The notes under the pieces were generated by a model. The model was not told the DNA's origin, did no database searches, and saw nothing but the letters and a program-made list of their open reading frames with translations. DNA of 64,000 bases from Bacteroidota bacterium (GTDB lineage Bacteria; Bacteroidota; Bacteroidia; Bacteroidales; Tenuifilaceae). Made by a program: the position numbers and the translations under genes. Of this stretch, positions 62,894 to 64,000 are shown piece by piece; position 1 is the stretch's first letter, and each line of letters opens with the position of its first letter. The stretch spans positions 4,909-68,908 of the forward strand of contig JBFMGQ010000013.1 of NCBI GenBank assembly GCA_040752515.1. Reading direction: 5' to 3'.

Positions 62894-64000
62894 ATGGCTA
62901 AGGTTAAGATATATATTGATGGCAAGGAGATTTTGGCGAACGAGGGTGCCAATCTGCTGCATGAGGCAAGGCAAAACGGGTTCAATATCCCTGGGCTTTG
63001 CTTTCACCACAAGCTAACCCCTACGGGAGCTTGTCGTCTATGCCTGGTTAAGGTCGAAGGCCAACGGGGCATGGTAGCCTCATGCACCCTCACAGTTAAG
63101 GAGGGCATGAACATTGTAGCCTTTGATCAGGAACTCGAGGATACCCGCCGATTTCTGCTCGATTACCTTATCAGCGAACAGAACACCAGTTACGATGGCT
63201 CCTACACCGATGAGCTAAGGGAGTTGATTTATAGGTATAACCTCCATAAGCCTGAAAATAGATACTTTAAGCCTGTAAAGCCCCATGTAGAGTTTAAGGT
63301 TGATGATAGTTCGCCCGTGTTAACCTACGATCCCTCAAAGTGTATCAAGTGTTTCAGGTGCATTAAGGCTTGCGATGAGGTGCAGGGAAAGAATGTGCTA
63401 TCGTTTTATGAGCGTGGGTTGAACTCGTTCATAGTTGCCGGAACGGGAGTTTGGGGCGATAGCGAGTGTGATGGCTGTGGCGAGTGCATACAGCTTTGCC
63501 CAACCGGCGCCATAGTGGAAAAACCCAACAGGGAATTCATCAAACTCGATAGGGTAGAGCAAAGGGTTCGAACTACTTGCCCTTACTGCGGGGTGGGATG
63601 TCAAATTGAGCTGCTTGTCCAGGACGGCAAGATTGTTCGCAGCAATGGTGTTGAAGGCGTTTTGCCAAACGATGGCAGACTTTGCGTTAAGGGGCGTTTT
63701 GGCTACGAGTTTGTCCACAGCCCCGATAGGCTAACGGTACCCCTTATCCGTAAAAATGGCGAATTGGTTGAATCATCGTGGGACGAAGCGCTTACCCTAA
63801 TTGCCCAAAAGTTTAGTGAGATCAAACAAAAGTATGGCTCCGAAGCGCTGGCCGGCTATGCCTCGGCCAAATGCACCAACGAGGATAACTACATCTTTCA
63901 GAAATTCATCAGAACAGTTTTTGGAACCAATAATATTGACTACTGCACGAGGCTTTGCCATGCCTCAACGGTAACTGCCATGCTCAAATCCATTGGCGAT
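62894..64000 (+). CDS. fdhA: Formate dehydrogenase alpha subunit (Mo/W-bis-PGD), truncated by the window end; absent from the ORF track
   Basis: My translation: MAKVKIYIDG...CFHH..ACRLC..ASC (2Fe-2S), CIKCFRCIKAC, CDGCGECIQLCP, TTCPYCGVGC...LCVKG, SAKCTNE, DYCTRLCHAS. Confidence 0.88.
   Translation, partial: MAKVKIYIDGKEILANEGANLLHEARQNGFNIPGLCFHHKLTPTGACRLCLVKVEGQRGMVASCTLTVKEGMNIVAFDQELEDTRRFLLDYLISEQNTSYDGSYTDELRELIYRYNLHKPENRYFKPVKPHVEFKVDDSSPVLTYDPSKCIKCFRCIKACDEVQGKNVLSFYERGLNSFIVAGTGVWGDSECDGCGECIQLCPTGAIVEKPNREFIKLDRVEQRVRTTCPYCGVGCQIELLVQDGKIVRSNGVEGVLPNDGRLCVKGRFGYEFVHSPDRLTVPLIRKNGELVESSWDEALTLIAQKFSEIKQKYGSEALAGYASAKCTNEDNYIFQKFIRTVFGTNNIDYCTRLCHASTVTAMLKSIGD

Noticed and set aside
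63930-63970. Selenocysteine in the formate dehydrogenase
   Set aside because: The active-site codon is TGC (RLCH); there is no in-frame TGA in the visible part.

Overview
A 64-kb chromosomal window from an anaerobic Bacteroidales bacterium. This is inferred from the fused lpxC-fabZ, TAnnTTTG/TTTG sigma-A promoters, the Oar-type TonB receptor, S46 peptidase and SiaB/SiaC expansion; a Tenuifilaceae-like lineage is a guess. Housekeeping blocks are HD-lpxD-lpxC/fabZ-lpxA-waaA, class II RNR, glnS with tRNA-Gln, tRNA-fMet, rnhB and rimP-nusA-infB. Between them lie signalling genes (propeller-PP2C sensor, hybrid kinase, 4 SiaC, 1 SiaB), a galactoside locus (Omp85-like barrel, GH2, GH97, galK) and, at the right edge, a truncated NuoE/NuoF/FdhA-type formate dehydrogenase operon. 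The most striking element is a ~10.7-kb minus-strand locus at 37.3-48.0 kb. It encodes a thiolase, an NAD-type PhaB-like reductase, a Na+/solute symporter, a CoA-transferase, two FabH-fold enzymes with non-canonical catalytic residues, a lipocalin-like lipoprotein, an outer-membrane barrel and a lipoprotein esterase. Its two upstream regions share a motif, and no PHA synthase is present. My working hypothesis is an uptake-and-fermentation system for extracellular 3-hydroxyacyl esters such as PHB oligomers. Other unexplained structure: a ~165-bp palindrome-rich element present twice 42 kb apart, 145-bp tandem units carrying hairpin-interrupted tRNA-fMet 3' ends, and a sharp GC break inside the first gene. 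No integrase, transposase or CRISPR array was seen. All alignments and counts were done by eye.
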